64,000 nt of DNA from an uncultured Planctomycetaceae bacterium (GCA_964444795.1 CAYUIQ010000010.1:8047-72046), one strand, 5' to 3'. Positions 30,842-39,449 are shown, counted from the stretch's first letter. Numbers and translations: made by a program. The notes: generated from the sequence alone by a model not told the origin.

Positions 30842-33556
30842 ATGGCTGAAAAGTACGTCTATTTCTTTGGTCCGCAAGGGACCGACGGCAACGCCGCGAT
30901 GAAGAACACCCTGGGCGGCAAGGGCGCCAATCTGGCCGAAATGGCCAAGCTGGGCATGCCCGTCCCCGCCGGGTTCACCATCACCACCGAATACTGTGAT
31001 GTCTACCTCAAGGAAGGCAACCAGTTCACCGATTCGCTCAAGGCCGAGGCGGCCGTGGCGCTGGCCCAGACCGAAGAAGCCATGGGCATGAAGTTTGGCG
31101 ACCCTGAAAATCCGCTGCTGCTCTCCTGCCGCAGTGGTGCCCGGCAGTCGATGCCCGGCATGATGGAAACCGTGCTCAACGTCGGACTCTGCTCGGCCAC
31201 GATTCCGGGTCTGATCAAGAAGTCGGGCAACGAGCGATTCGTCTACGACGCCTACCGCCGCTTGATCACCATGTACAGCGACGTGGTGATGGAGAAATCC
31301 GAAGACATTGAGCCCGAGGAAGGCCAGGGCATCCGCGGTCAGTTGGAGAAACTGATGGACGCGGTCAAGGAAGCCAAGGGCTACAAGTCGGATACCGATC
31401 TGACCGCCGAGGATCTCAAGGCCCTCTGCGAGCAATACAAGGCCAAGGTGCAAGAGGTGCTGGGCAGCCCGTTCCCCGACAACGCCGACGATCAGCTCTG
31501 GGGCGCCACCGGCGCGGTGTTCAAAAGCTGGAACGGCAAGCGTGCCGTGTCCTACCGCCGGATCGAGAATATCCCCGGCGAGTGGGGAACCGCCACCAAC
31601 GTGCAGAGCATGGTCTTCGGTAACATGGGCAAAACCTCGGCGACCGGCGTGGCCTTCACGCGCAACCCGGCCACCGGCGAGAACAAGTTCTACGGCGAAT
31701 GGCTCATCGACGCCCAGGGCGAAGACGTAGTGGCCGGCATTCGCACCCCCAGCCCGTTGAACGAAGAGACCAAGAACGAGCAGAACGAGCACCTGCAATC
31801 GCTGGAGACCGAATGGGCCGACTCCTACAAGGAACTGGTCGACATCCGCAACAAGCTCGAGACGCACTATACCGATATGCAAGATATCGAGTTTACCATT
31901 CAAGAGGGTAAGCTCTATATGTTGCAGTGCCGCAGTGGCAAGCGGACCGGTACCGCGGCCTTGAACATGGCCATGGACATGTTGGACGAAGGGCTGATCG
32001 ACGAGAAGACGGCCGTCATGCGGGTAGGACCCGAGCAGTTGGACGAACTGTTGCACCCGATCGTCGATCCGGCCGCCGAGAAGAAGGCCGAGGCGATCGT
32101 CTCCGGTTTGCCGGCCGGTCCCGGTGGCGCCCGTGGACAGATTGTCTTCACCTCCGACGCGGCCGTCCAGTGGGGCCGCGAGGGCAAGACGATTATCCTG
32201 GTCCGTGAAGAGACCAATCCCGAGGACGTCGAGGGGATGCGAGCCGCCGACGGCATTCTCACCGCCCGCGGTGGCATGACCAGCCACGCGGCCTTGGTCG
32301 CCCGCGGTTGGGGTAAGTGCTGCATCGTCGGCGCCGGCGCCGTGAAGATCGACTTCGCCGCCAAGACGATGACCGTCGGCAACGTGACGCTGGCCGAGGG
32401 CGACACGATTACGCTCAACGGCACCAAGGGTAAGGTTTATCAGGGCGAGATGGCCATGATGGACGCCACGGAGAACCCCCGCTTCAAGACCTTCATGACG
32501 ATGGTCGATAAGTTCCGCGAGATGGGCGTTCGCACCAATGCCGACACGCCGGAAGACGCCAAAGTGGCCCGCGACTTCGGAGCCGAGGGAATCGGCCTGT
32601 TCCGCACCGAGCACATGTTCTACGGTGCCGGCAGCGACGACGCGCTGTTTGCCCTGCGGAAGATCGTCCTTTCCAATACCGAAGAGGAGCGCAACGCGGC
32701 CATCGACGGCCTGTTCCCCTACGTGAAGAAGGACATCAAGGCTACGCTGGAGGCGATGGACGGTTGCCCGGTCACCATCCGGCTGCTCGATCCGCCGCTG
32801 CACGAGTTCATTCCGCAGACGGCCGATGGTCAGGCCGAACTGGCCAAGGCGCTCGGCATCACCGCCGACGAGGTTAAGGCCCGCGGCGAAGCGCTGCACG
32901 AAGTCAACCCGATGATGGGTCACCGCGGCGTGCGTTTGGGGATCACCTACCCGAAGCTCACCGAGATGCAAGTTCGGGCGATCTTCGAGGCGGCCGCCGA
33001 GTTGATCAAGGCCGGCAAAGACGCCAAGCCCGAGATCATGGTCCCGGTCACCTGTGCGGTCAGCGAGTTGGACGTATCCAAGGTGATTTGCGATCGCGTG
33101 TTTGCCGAGGTAAAGAAAGCCACGGGCGTCGACATCCCGTACGTTTACGGCACGATGATCGAGATCCCGCGAGCCTGCCTGTTGGCCGACAAGATGGCCG
33201 TGACGGCCGAGTTCTTCTCCTTCGGCACCAACGACCTGACGCAGATGAGCTACGGGTTCTCGCGCGACGACATCGGCGGGTTCCTGCAAGAGTATCTCGA
33301 CCAGGGCATCCTCGAGGCGGACCCCTTCCAGACGATCGACCAGGAAGGTGTCGGCCAGTTGATTGAGATGTCGGTCGAGCGTGGCCGAAAGACGAAGCCG
33401 AAGCTGAAAGTCGGCATCTGCGGCGAGCAGGGCGGCGATCCGGCCAGCGTCGAGTTCTGCTACAAAAACGGTCTGGACTACGTAAGCTGCTCTCCGTACC
33501 GCATCCCCATCGCCCGACTGGCCGCCGCGCAAGCGTCGATCAAAGCGAAAGGGTAG
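30842..33556 (+). CDS. ppdK: pyruvate, phosphate dikinase
   Basis: MAEKYVYFFG...GGKGANLAEM ATP-grasp N-terminus, phosphohistidine loop GGMTSHAALVARGWGK, and a C-terminal PEP-utilising TIM barrel (FSFGTNDLTQM). ATG at 30842 with a GGAGG SD. Confidence 0.95.
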   Translation: MAEKYVYFFGPQGTDGNAAMKNTLGGKGANLAEMAKLGMPVPAGFTITTEYCDVYLKEGNQFTDSLKAEAAVALAQTEEAMGMKFGDPENPLLLSCRSGARQSMPGMMETVLNVGLCSATIPGLIKKSGNERFVYDAYRRLITMYSDVVMEKSEDIEPEEGQGIRGQLEKLMDAVKEAKGYKSDTDLTAEDLKALCEQYKAKVQEVLGSPFPDNADDQLWGATGAVFKSWNGKRAVSYRRIENIPGEWGTATNVQSMVFGNMGKTSATGVAFTRNPATGENKFYGEWLIDAQGEDVVAGIRTPSPLNEETKNEQNEHLQSLETEWADSYKELVDIRNKLETHYTDMQDIEFTIQEGKLYMLQCRSGKRTGTAALNMAMDMLDEGLIDEKTAVMRVGPEQLDELLHPIVDPAAEKKAEAIVSGLPAGPGGARGQIVFTSDAAVQWGREGKTIILVREETNPEDVEGMRAADGILTARGGMTSHAALVARGWGKCCIVGAGAVKIDFAAKTMTVGNVTLAEGDTITLNGTKGKVYQGEMAMMDATENPRFKTFMTMVDKFREMGVRTNADTPEDAKVARDFGAEGIGLFRTEHMFYGAGSDDALFALRKIVLSNTEEERNAAIDGLFPYVKKDIKATLEAMDGCPVTIRLLDPPLHEFIPQTADGQAELAKALGITADEVKARGEALHEVNPMMGHRGVRLGITYPKLTEMQVRAIFEAAAELIKAGKDAKPEIMVPVTCAVSELDVSKVICDRVFAEVKKATGVDIPYVYGTMIEIPRACLLADKMAVTAEFFSFGTNDLTQMSYGFSRDDIGGFLQEYLDQGILEADPFQTIDQEGVGQLIEMSVERGRKTKPKLKVGICGEQGGDPASVEFCYKNGLDYVSCSPYRIPIARLAAAQASIKAKG

Positions 33557-33676
33557 TGCTGACCGGGACGGTTACCGCGTAATGTAAACGCAACTTCAAG
33601 GGACGGTGGTGAGAACTGCCGTCCCTTTTTTTGCGCGCTGGGCACGTTTTGTTAGCCCCGTCGCCTGCGACGGGAG
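33383..33676 (+). repeat. direct repeat copy A (ppdK 3' end + terminator + left arm of REP element)
   Basis: Read base by base against 35932-36224. Identical over the coding part except two substitutions at the left edge (gacGaaGcc vs gacCaaCcc). There is one T fewer and 2-3 substitutions after the terminator. Confidence 0.9.
33600..33632 (+). terminator. rho-independent terminator of ppdK
   Basis: Stem gggacgg / ccgtccc with an 11-12 nt loop, followed by a T7 run, 44 nt after the ppdK stop. Confidence 0.7.
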
Positions 33677-33778
33677 AATCAGTTAGCCCCGTCAATAGCG
33701 GCAATTAGTGCCCGGTTTCGCAGTCCGGCAATGCCTGCTGGAGATTCTTGGTGCCTTCGTTGGTTATCCTGCAACCCG

Positions 33779-34408
33779 TCAATCCGAATCGAACCCGAGT
33801 TCCTTGGCCTTTGCGGAGTCGGCTTCGGCCTTGGCTTGTTCACCGATGCGTTCGTACGTGATGCCTCGGTTGATGTAGGCTTTGGCGAGGTTCGGATCCA
33901 GACGAATAGCTTCGGTGAAGTCGACGATGGCCTTGTCGAATTTACCTTGCTCAGCGTGAGCGATGCCCCGGTTGATGTAGACTATGACGAGGTTCCGATT
34001 CAGCCGAATAGCTTCGGTGTACTCGACAATGGCCTTGTCGAATTCAGCTTGCTCGGCGTGGGCGAAGCCTCGGTTGTTGTAGGCTTCGGCGTAGTTTGGA
34101 TTCAACTGGATGGCTTCTGTGTAGTCAACGATGGCCTTATCGAATTCACCTTGCTCAACGCGGGCGAAGCCTCGGCTGAGGTAGGCTTCGGCGTTGTTCT
34201 GATTGAGCCGGATGGCATCGGTGTAGTCGACGATGGCCTTGTCGAACTCACCTTGCTCGACGCAGGCGAGGCCCCGGTTAAATGCGTCGATTGCTTGTTG
34301 TTCTTTCGACCCCCCACAACCCGAAAAGACCAACAGCCCGAGCAGCGAAGTCCACAGGCTGAACTGATACCGGCCGAGTCTCGATTTCGCCGGGGCGGAA
34401 TCGGTCAT
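33779..34408 (-). CDS. TPR-repeat lipoprotein
   Basis: Lipobox LLVFSGC. Five consecutive 34-aa TPR units have a nearly identical core (EQGEFDKAIVDYTEAIRLNPN.AEAY.NRG). Confidence 0.85.
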   Translation of the reverse strand: MTDSAPAKSRLGRYQFSLWTSLLGLLVFSGCGGSKEQQAIDAFNRGLACVEQGEFDKAIVDYTDAIRLNQNNAEAYLSRGFARVEQGEFDKAIVDYTEAIQLNPNYAEAYNNRGFAHAEQAEFDKAIVEYTEAIRLNRNLVIVYINRGIAHAEQGKFDKAIVDFTEAIRLDPNLAKAYINRGITYERIGEQAKAEADSAKAKELGFDSD

Positions 34409-34496
34409 GGTCTTTCCCAGAAGGAGTGGAAGTCGCTGTCGGAGAACACCCGTGCCAGAATGTAGAACCTACTGCCGTCCCTTTTTTTGCGCGCCG

Positions 34497-34643
34497 GGCA
34501 CGTCTTGTTAGCCCCGTCGCCTGTGAGGAGCCATGCCAAACATTTGCCTCACTTCTCCCGTCGCGGGCGACAGGGCTAACACGTTTTCGCCTTCGGGCCG
34601 CTCTACAATCCCTTCGGCCCCCCCGACCTCACCTCGGCCCGGG
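34497..34643. repeat. palindromic intergenic repeat element (family gttagccccgtcgcctg), copy 2
   Basis: Arms 34507-34523 and 34564-34580 are inverted repeats with 2 mismatches. The whole element, plus the upstream ctgccgtccc-T-run-gcgcgccgggcacgt segment, is shared with 36164-36358. Confidence 0.7.
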
Positions 34644-35151
34644 AAGAGTCCGTGTGGTGTGAATCCTTTGGGGCTGCTGCCGCCGGAGCCGCCGTGGCTC
34701 TTTCAACGTGACTGCGTAGTCGGGCCATGTTTTCCGGAAAAGTCAGCAGATGGAGAAGCTGGTCATACGCTGCGTTCTGAATAAGTTGTCCGCGTTCCCA
34801 TCTGCCGATCGTCGCCTCGCCCAGTCTGGTGACACGAGCGAATTCGGCCCGAGAGAGACCTCCGCATTGCTGTCGAATGGCCCGTACCTCGGAAGGTGTC
34901 ATGACATGAAGATGACGACATACGGCTTCATGCATCAGGTCCTCTGCTTCGTCGTCGAGGAATTCCTCGCCACATTCCTCACACCTGCGCACTGGAATGC
35001 GGGCAGACAATTCGACAGGAGGATCTTCCTGACCGTAGGGGAAACGATGGTCGATTGTTTCGGTGGTAATACTCTCGCTTCCACAATCGGGACACGAGAG
35101 ATCGGGGTCGCGGAAAGCTGAAACGCTCGAATTGCCATTTCGGTAAGGCAT
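34603..35151 (-). CDS. MqsA-like antitoxin (N-terminal zinc ribbon + XRE-type HTH)
   Basis: CPDCGSE...RRCEECGEEF (CxxC...CxxC) is followed by the HTH TPSEVRAIRQQCGGLSRAEFARVTRLGEATIGRWERGQ. The C-terminal tail runs into the repeat element. Confidence 0.75.
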   Translation of the reverse strand: MPYRNGNSSVSAFRDPDLSCPDCGSESITTETIDHRFPYGQEDPPVELSARIPVRRCEECGEEFLDDEAEDLMHEAVCRHLHVMTPSEVRAIRQQCGGLSRAEFARVTRLGEATIGRWERGQLIQNAAYDQLLHLLTFPENMARLRSHVERATAAPAAAAPKDSHHTDSSRAEVRSGGPKGL

Positions 35152-35231
35152 GGTCGTCAGTGCTTTCTGTAGGCTTGATTAGGTGTCGGGGTTCCCGGGA
35201 AAGAAGGATTCAAACCGGAAAGAGAGAGATG

Positions 35232-35594
35232 TCACATGTCTTGGTTTCCCCTACTGGTGCTGTAGTGAAAACTTCTTCCCTTGATCTTTCCCGCCCCGAG
35301 TTGAAACTTGATATAGATGTCTCCAACAGGATGGGCAACGACCATCTCGAAGGCCTTCTTTCCGGGCGGCTTTCTCAACTCGATAAACCGGACGCTCTGG
35401 TTCTCGTCTTCGAGCTTTTCGGCTATGAATTCCCAGGCACCGTTAGGAGTGAACGCATCACCACTGGCGGGGTCATTGACGGTCTGCGGTCGCCAGTCGG
35501 TTGGAGCCTCTCGGCTGAATTTCACTGACCGAGCCTTCTTCCTCCTCGCCAGGGTAGCCGCCTCCTGGCGGATAGGTTGTGGCACATCTGACAT
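35232..35594 (-). CDS. putative toxin partnered with the MqsA-like antitoxin (MqsR/RelE-like, tentative)
   Basis: 120-aa ORF 80 nt upstream of the antitoxin gene, giving toxin-first order as in mqsRA. The C-terminal GDIYIKFQLGAGKIKGRSFH resembles the MqsR C-terminus (vYlKi...ivSFk). Confidence 0.5.
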   Translation of the reverse strand: MSDVPQPIRQEAATLARRKKARSVKFSREAPTDWRPQTVNDPASGDAFTPNGAWEFIAEKLEDENQSVRFIELRKPPGKKAFEMVVAHPVGDIYIKFQLGAGKIKGRSFHYSTSRGNQDM

Positions 35595-35649
35595 TTCTCA
35601 CCGATGTCCTCGCTCCATCACTCGGCATACAGACCGCGTCTCCCTTCAG

Positions 35650-35708
35650 ATAGATCATATGATACATTTTAGTGCAAGTCAAGAGAAATATCGGCTCATA
35701 TGATCTAT
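35650..35708. promoter_or_regulatory. candidate operator/promoter of the toxin-antitoxin operon
   Basis: Perfect 13-bp inverted repeat atagatcatatga (35650-35662) / tcatatgatctat (35696-35708). Each arm contains the palindrome TCATATGA. It sits in an AT-rich stretch 56-114 nt upstream of the toxin ATG. Confidence 0.4.
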
Positions 35709-35931
35709 TTCGTTGGGAAAGACGGGCTCCATTGTCGAGTGACGGGTTCTATGTATCTTTCAGGCAACCACTTACGTAAATCCTAAAGGAACACGGTCTC
35801 CAACTTCAAGTAAGAAGGGGCATTTTCGCCAACGAAGTCTCCTCGGGGTGACACATAGTTGTCACCGACTCCACTCCGATGGGGGCGCGATCGCTTGGGC
35901 GTGGGAGACCTGGCGGTCGGCCTTTCGGTTC

Positions 35932-36105
35932 GGCCGAAAGACCAACCCGAAGCTGAAAGTCGGCATCTGCGGCGAGCAGGGCGGCGATCCGGCCAGCGTC
36001 GAGTTCTGCTACAAAAACGGTCTGGACTACGTAAGCTGCTCTCCGTACCGCATCCCCATCGCCCGACTGGCCGCCGCGCAAGCGTCGATCAAAGCGAAAG
36101 GGTAG
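35932..36105 (+). pseudogene. orphan 3'-terminal fragment of ppdK (last ~56 codons)
   Basis: The encoded ...[53 protein letters not shown] is identical to the ppdK C-terminus. Nothing upstream of it resembles ppdK. Confidence 0.85.
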
Positions 36106-36148
36106 TGCTGACCGGGACGGTTACCGCGTAATGTAAACGCAACTTCAA

Positions 36149-36180
36149 GGGACGGTGGTGAGAACTGCCGTCCCTTTTTT
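36149..36180 (+). terminator. duplicated rho-independent terminator
   Basis: Same gggacgg/ccgtccc hairpin as at 33600, followed by a T6 run. Confidence 0.6.
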
Positions 36181-36188
36181 GTGCGCCG

Positions 36189-36358
36189 GGTACGTTTTGT
36201 TAGCCCCGTCGCCTGCGAAGGGAGGAGCTATGTCGAACGTTTGCCCCACTTCTCCCGTCGCAGGCGACGGGGCTAACACGTTTTTGCCTTCCGGCCGCTC
36301 GACGGGGCACCGCTTCTCTACAATCCCTTCGGCCCACCCGAACTCACCTCGGCCCGGA
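36189..36358. repeat. palindromic intergenic repeat element (family gttagccccgtcgcctgc), copy 3
   Basis: Perfect 18-bp arms at 36199-36216 and 36260-36277. The tail ...aatcccttcggccc.ccc.a.ctcacctcggcccgg is shared with copy 2, and this copy has a 17-nt insertion relative to copy 2. Confidence 0.7.
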
Positions 36359-36532
36359 GGTCGTGGGCTCTTAACACGAATCTACCCACGGCACGCAACC
36401 CGGGGATGTAACAGGAGATACAACAGATCCATCTCCTCGCGGGGGTGAACCGTCTTTACGTTCCCGGGGTCTGGATATTACACTTTCATATTCCCCCCTG
36501 CCGAAATCTTCTTCCCCGGAGCTGCTCAAGCC

Positions 36533-38143
36533 ATGGAAATGGACCAACTGGTCGCCTTGTGTAAACGTCGTGGATTTCTCTTCCAGTCCAGCGAGATCTA
36601 TGGGGGCTTGAACGGCTTCTGGGATTATGGGCCGATGGGCGTCGAACTGAAACGCAACGTCCGCGAGGCTTGGTGGCAGGATATGGTCACCTCGCGCAAC
36701 GAACTGATCGTGCCCCCGGGAGCGCCCGAGGCTTACGAGATGACCGGCCTGGATTGCACGATCATCATGCACCCCCAGGTTTGGAAGTGCTCCGGCCATT
36801 ACGATCTGTTCCACGACTATATGGTCGATTGCCGCGAGTCGAACCGCCGCTATCGCCACGATCAGGTGCAAGGCCGTTGGGTCGAGGCGAAGGGACAGCG
36901 GATCTTCATCACCACCACCGCCGGCGGCGACGAGGGGCTGGCCGAGACGCAGCAGAAGGCGTTGAAGTTCTTCAACCTGCGCAAGAAACACATCGACCAA
37001 CTCGGGTGGGACGGCCCGCTGGTCTGCCTGACCGAAGTCGACGATCACGAGAAGGTCCTCGGTCCCGATGCCAAGTCGCTGGGTACGCTGACCGAGCCGC
37101 GGGAGTTCAACCTGATGTTCAAGACGACCGTCGGTGCGTTGGGCGGCGCCCAAGACACGGCCTTTCTGCGGCCCGAGACGGCCCAGGGTATTTTTGTCAA
37201 CTTCAAGAACGTGGTCGACAGCACGCGGGTGAAGATCCCCTTCGGCATCGCCCAGGTGGGCAAGAGTTTTCGCAACGAGATCACGCCGCGCAATTTCACC
37301 TTCCGCTCGCGCGAGTTCGAGCAGATGGAGATCGAATTCTTCTGCCGGCCGGACAGCTCGGCCCAGTGGTATCAGTACTGGCGCGACCGGCGATTCCGTT
37401 GGTACACTGAGATGGGACTTTCGGGCGAGCGCTTGCAGTTGCGCGAACACGACACCGATGAGTTGAGCCACTACTCGGTTGGCACGGCCGACATCGAGTA
37501 CGCATTTCCGTTCCTGCCCGAGGGTCAGTTTGGCGAGCTCGAAGGCGTTGCCCATCGGGGCGACTTCGATCTGCGCAGCCACTCGGAAGGCAAATTGGTC
37601 CGCCAGGGTGAGGGGTTGGTCGTCGAAGAGGACGAAAACGGCAAACCGCGTCACCGGGGTAGCGGCAAGGATCTGAGCTACTTCGACGCGGAGCAAAAGG
37701 AGCGGTTCATCCCCCACGTGATCGAACCCTCGGCCGGTGCCGACCGGGCCACACTGGCGTTCCTCTGCGAGGCCTATACCGAGGACGAAGTGCCCAACGA
37801 CAAGGGCAAGCTGACCAAGCGCGTCTACCTCAAGTTTCACCCCCGGCTGGCGCCGATCAAGGCGGCCGTCTTCCCACTGGTCCGCAAGGACGGCATGCCC
37901 GAGGTGGCCCAGCGGATCTACGGCCAATTGAAATCGCAGTTCAACGTCTTCTACGACGAGAAGGGAGCCGTGGGACGTCGTTACCGTCGTCAGGACGAAA
38001 TCGGCACGCCTTTCTGTATTACCGTCGACGGCCAAACGATGACCGACGGCACGGTCACCTTCCGCGACCGCGACACGCTCGATCAATGGCGAGTCAAAGA
38101 AGAAGACTGCCTCGAAGAGGTGCGTCGGCGATTGGCGCCGTAG
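36533..38143 (+). CDS. glyQS: glycine--tRNA ligase (dimeric class II type)
   Basis: MEMDQLVALCKRRGFLFQSSEIYGGLNGFWDYGPMGVELKRNV, class II motifs (FRNEITPRNFTFRSREFEQMEIEFF), and a C-terminal anticodon-binding domain. Confidence 0.95.
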   Translation: MEMDQLVALCKRRGFLFQSSEIYGGLNGFWDYGPMGVELKRNVREAWWQDMVTSRNELIVPPGAPEAYEMTGLDCTIIMHPQVWKCSGHYDLFHDYMVDCRESNRRYRHDQVQGRWVEAKGQRIFITTTAGGDEGLAETQQKALKFFNLRKKHIDQLGWDGPLVCLTEVDDHEKVLGPDAKSLGTLTEPREFNLMFKTTVGALGGAQDTAFLRPETAQGIFVNFKNVVDSTRVKIPFGIAQVGKSFRNEITPRNFTFRSREFEQMEIEFFCRPDSSAQWYQYWRDRRFRWYTEMGLSGERLQLREHDTDELSHYSVGTADIEYAFPFLPEGQFGELEGVAHRGDFDLRSHSEGKLVRQGEGLVVEEDENGKPRHRGSGKDLSYFDAEQKERFIPHVIEPSAGADRATLAFLCEAYTEDEVPNDKGKLTKRVYLKFHPRLAPIKAAVFPLVRKDGMPEVAQRIYGQLKSQFNVFYDEKGAVGRRYRRQDEIGTPFCITVDGQTMTDGTVTFRDRDTLDQWRVKEEDCLEEVRRRLAP

Positions 38144-38305
38144 CGGCCAGCGAATGGAAACCGCCCGTCAATGCAGTTCCATCGGGGGGGTTCCTTTGTG
38201 TCTCTTGGTCAATCATTGCGGAATTCGCTTGCCGCGGGCCGGGAATTCGAGAATACTTCCAGTAGGGCCGGAACCGGGTGGGTTCTCAACTGCGGGAGGA
38301 GTCCG

Positions 38306-39367
38306 ATGAAGTATTGCATCACCGTCGCGGCGATGGCCGTTGCCGTATGGGCGTCGTCGAGTGAATCGCCGGCCGCTCCAGGAAGACCGGGAGCGCCGAC
38401 ACGCATGACGATGCCCGGCCACGGCGGAATGTCGCAAGTCGCCCCCGGCGCCGGGCATTCCAACGGCATCGGCCATGGCGTCCAAGGCAGAGGCCCTGTC
38501 TCCAGGGGCATCGGCCACGGTGTCCATGGGCCGTCGCAATTGCCGGCCCATGGCGGCCACCCCGGCTGGGGCCACGGCGGCACGCGTTACCACGGCCATA
38601 GTCGACATGGCCGATTCTACGGCGGGTATTCCTATCCCTACAGCTACGGTTACAACATCTACGCCTACCCGTCACCCTACGACTCGTACTACGGATTCTC
38701 GTACAGCGCTCCCTTGTACCTGCCGGCCGAGACGCTCTACGGTCCCGGTTCCGTGCAGCGGTTCATGGGCGTGGACGGCGGTGTGTATCGCCGGAGCCCG
38801 GATGTTTTTCGCCCGCCGGCCGATCCCGTGGTGCGCGAGTTTCCCCGGGCGGATCCGGACGCGAAGGCCCCGGTGCGCCGGGCCAACCAGCGGGCGGTCG
38901 ATCGGGCCGTGAAAGTGATGGAGATCGGCGACGATCACTTCAGCCACCAGAAGTACGCCTCGGCCAATATGCGATACCGAGAAGCGGCGCGAACGGCCCC
39001 GGACATGGCCGAGGCCTTCTTCCGACAGGGGTTCGCCAATCTTGCCCAAGGGATGTACGAGTCGGCGGCGCGCGTATTTCGCCGGGGGCTTGAGTTGGAC
39101 CCCGATTGGCCGAACGCCGAGTTCCGCGTCGACGATCTCTACGGCGACAATCGGCTGGCCAAGGCGGCCCATCTCGACGCCCTGGCCGCGGCCGCCACGG
39201 AACGTCCCGACGACGCCGAGTTGATGTTCCTGGTGGGTGTCTTTCTCCATTTCGACGGTCAGCCGAAACGAGCCGCCGCGTTTTTCGAGCGTGCCGTCAA
39301 GTTGGCACCCGACGATATCGAGCACGTCAAGAGTTTTCTCAAGCCCGGCGGCGGCGTGCGGATGTAG
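38306..39367 (+). CDS. secreted protein with His/Gly- and Tyr-rich low-complexity region and C-terminal TPR domain
   Basis: ATG 38306 gives the signal MKYCITVAAMAVAVWASS. GHG repeats (GIGHGVQG.GPVSRGIGHGVHG), the run YGGYSYPYSYGYNIYAYPSPYDSYYGFSY, then TPR-like helices. Confidence 0.65.
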   Translation: MKYCITVAAMAVAVWASSSESPAAPGRPGAPTRMTMPGHGGMSQVAPGAGHSNGIGHGVQGRGPVSRGIGHGVHGPSQLPAHGGHPGWGHGGTRYHGHSRHGRFYGGYSYPYSYGYNIYAYPSPYDSYYGFSYSAPLYLPAETLYGPGSVQRFMGVDGGVYRRSPDVFRPPADPVVREFPRADPDAKAPVRRANQRAVDRAVKVMEIGDDHFSHQKYASANMRYREAARTAPDMAEAFFRQGFANLAQGMYESAARVFRRGLELDPDWPNAEFRVDDLYGDNRLAKAAHLDALAAAATERPDDAELMFLVGVFLHFDGQPKRAAAFFERAVKLAPDDIEHVKSFLKPGGGVRM

Positions 39368-39449
39368 GGCAGGGGTACCGGAACGAGAACAGTGAGAGGG
39401 CAGCCACTTGTGTGGCCACGTTCCCGCCGGGCTAACGGGACCTCGTCAT

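Larger units (their letters stand above)
35932..36224 (+). repeat. direct repeat copy B (duplicate of 33383-33676)
   Basis: See copy A. Together the two copies bracket a ~2.25-kb insert. Confidence 0.9.

Noticed and set aside
30629-33532. 967-aa ORF antisense to ppdK. Similar very long antisense or shifted ORFs include 963-2300, 3467-4723, 5497-7293, 7805-9883, 13461-14870, 16439-17833, 36371-38086, 56031-57293 and 60403-61362.
   Set aside because: Each lies opposite to, or out of frame with, a gene that has unmistakable family motifs. Their translations are Arg/Gly/Ala/Pro-rich low-complexity sequences, typical of stop-codon-poor alternative frames in high-GC DNA.
35848-36105. 85-aa ORF ending in a perfect PpdK C-terminus.
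   Set aside because: Only the last ~56 codons match ppdK, and the upstream part is unrelated sequence with no SD. I interpret it as an orphan duplicated 3' fragment (pseudogene), not a functional gene.
34497-36358. Integron attC-like reading of the gttagcc...ggctaac palindromic elements flanking the TPR and TA units.
   Set aside because: attC sites have the order RYYYAAC ... GTTRRRY, with the AAC/GTT triplets on the inner side of the core sites. Here the order is GTTAGCC ... GGCTAAC and the core deviates from GTTRRRY. No intI gene is in the window. I keep it only as a cassette-like layout, not an integron.
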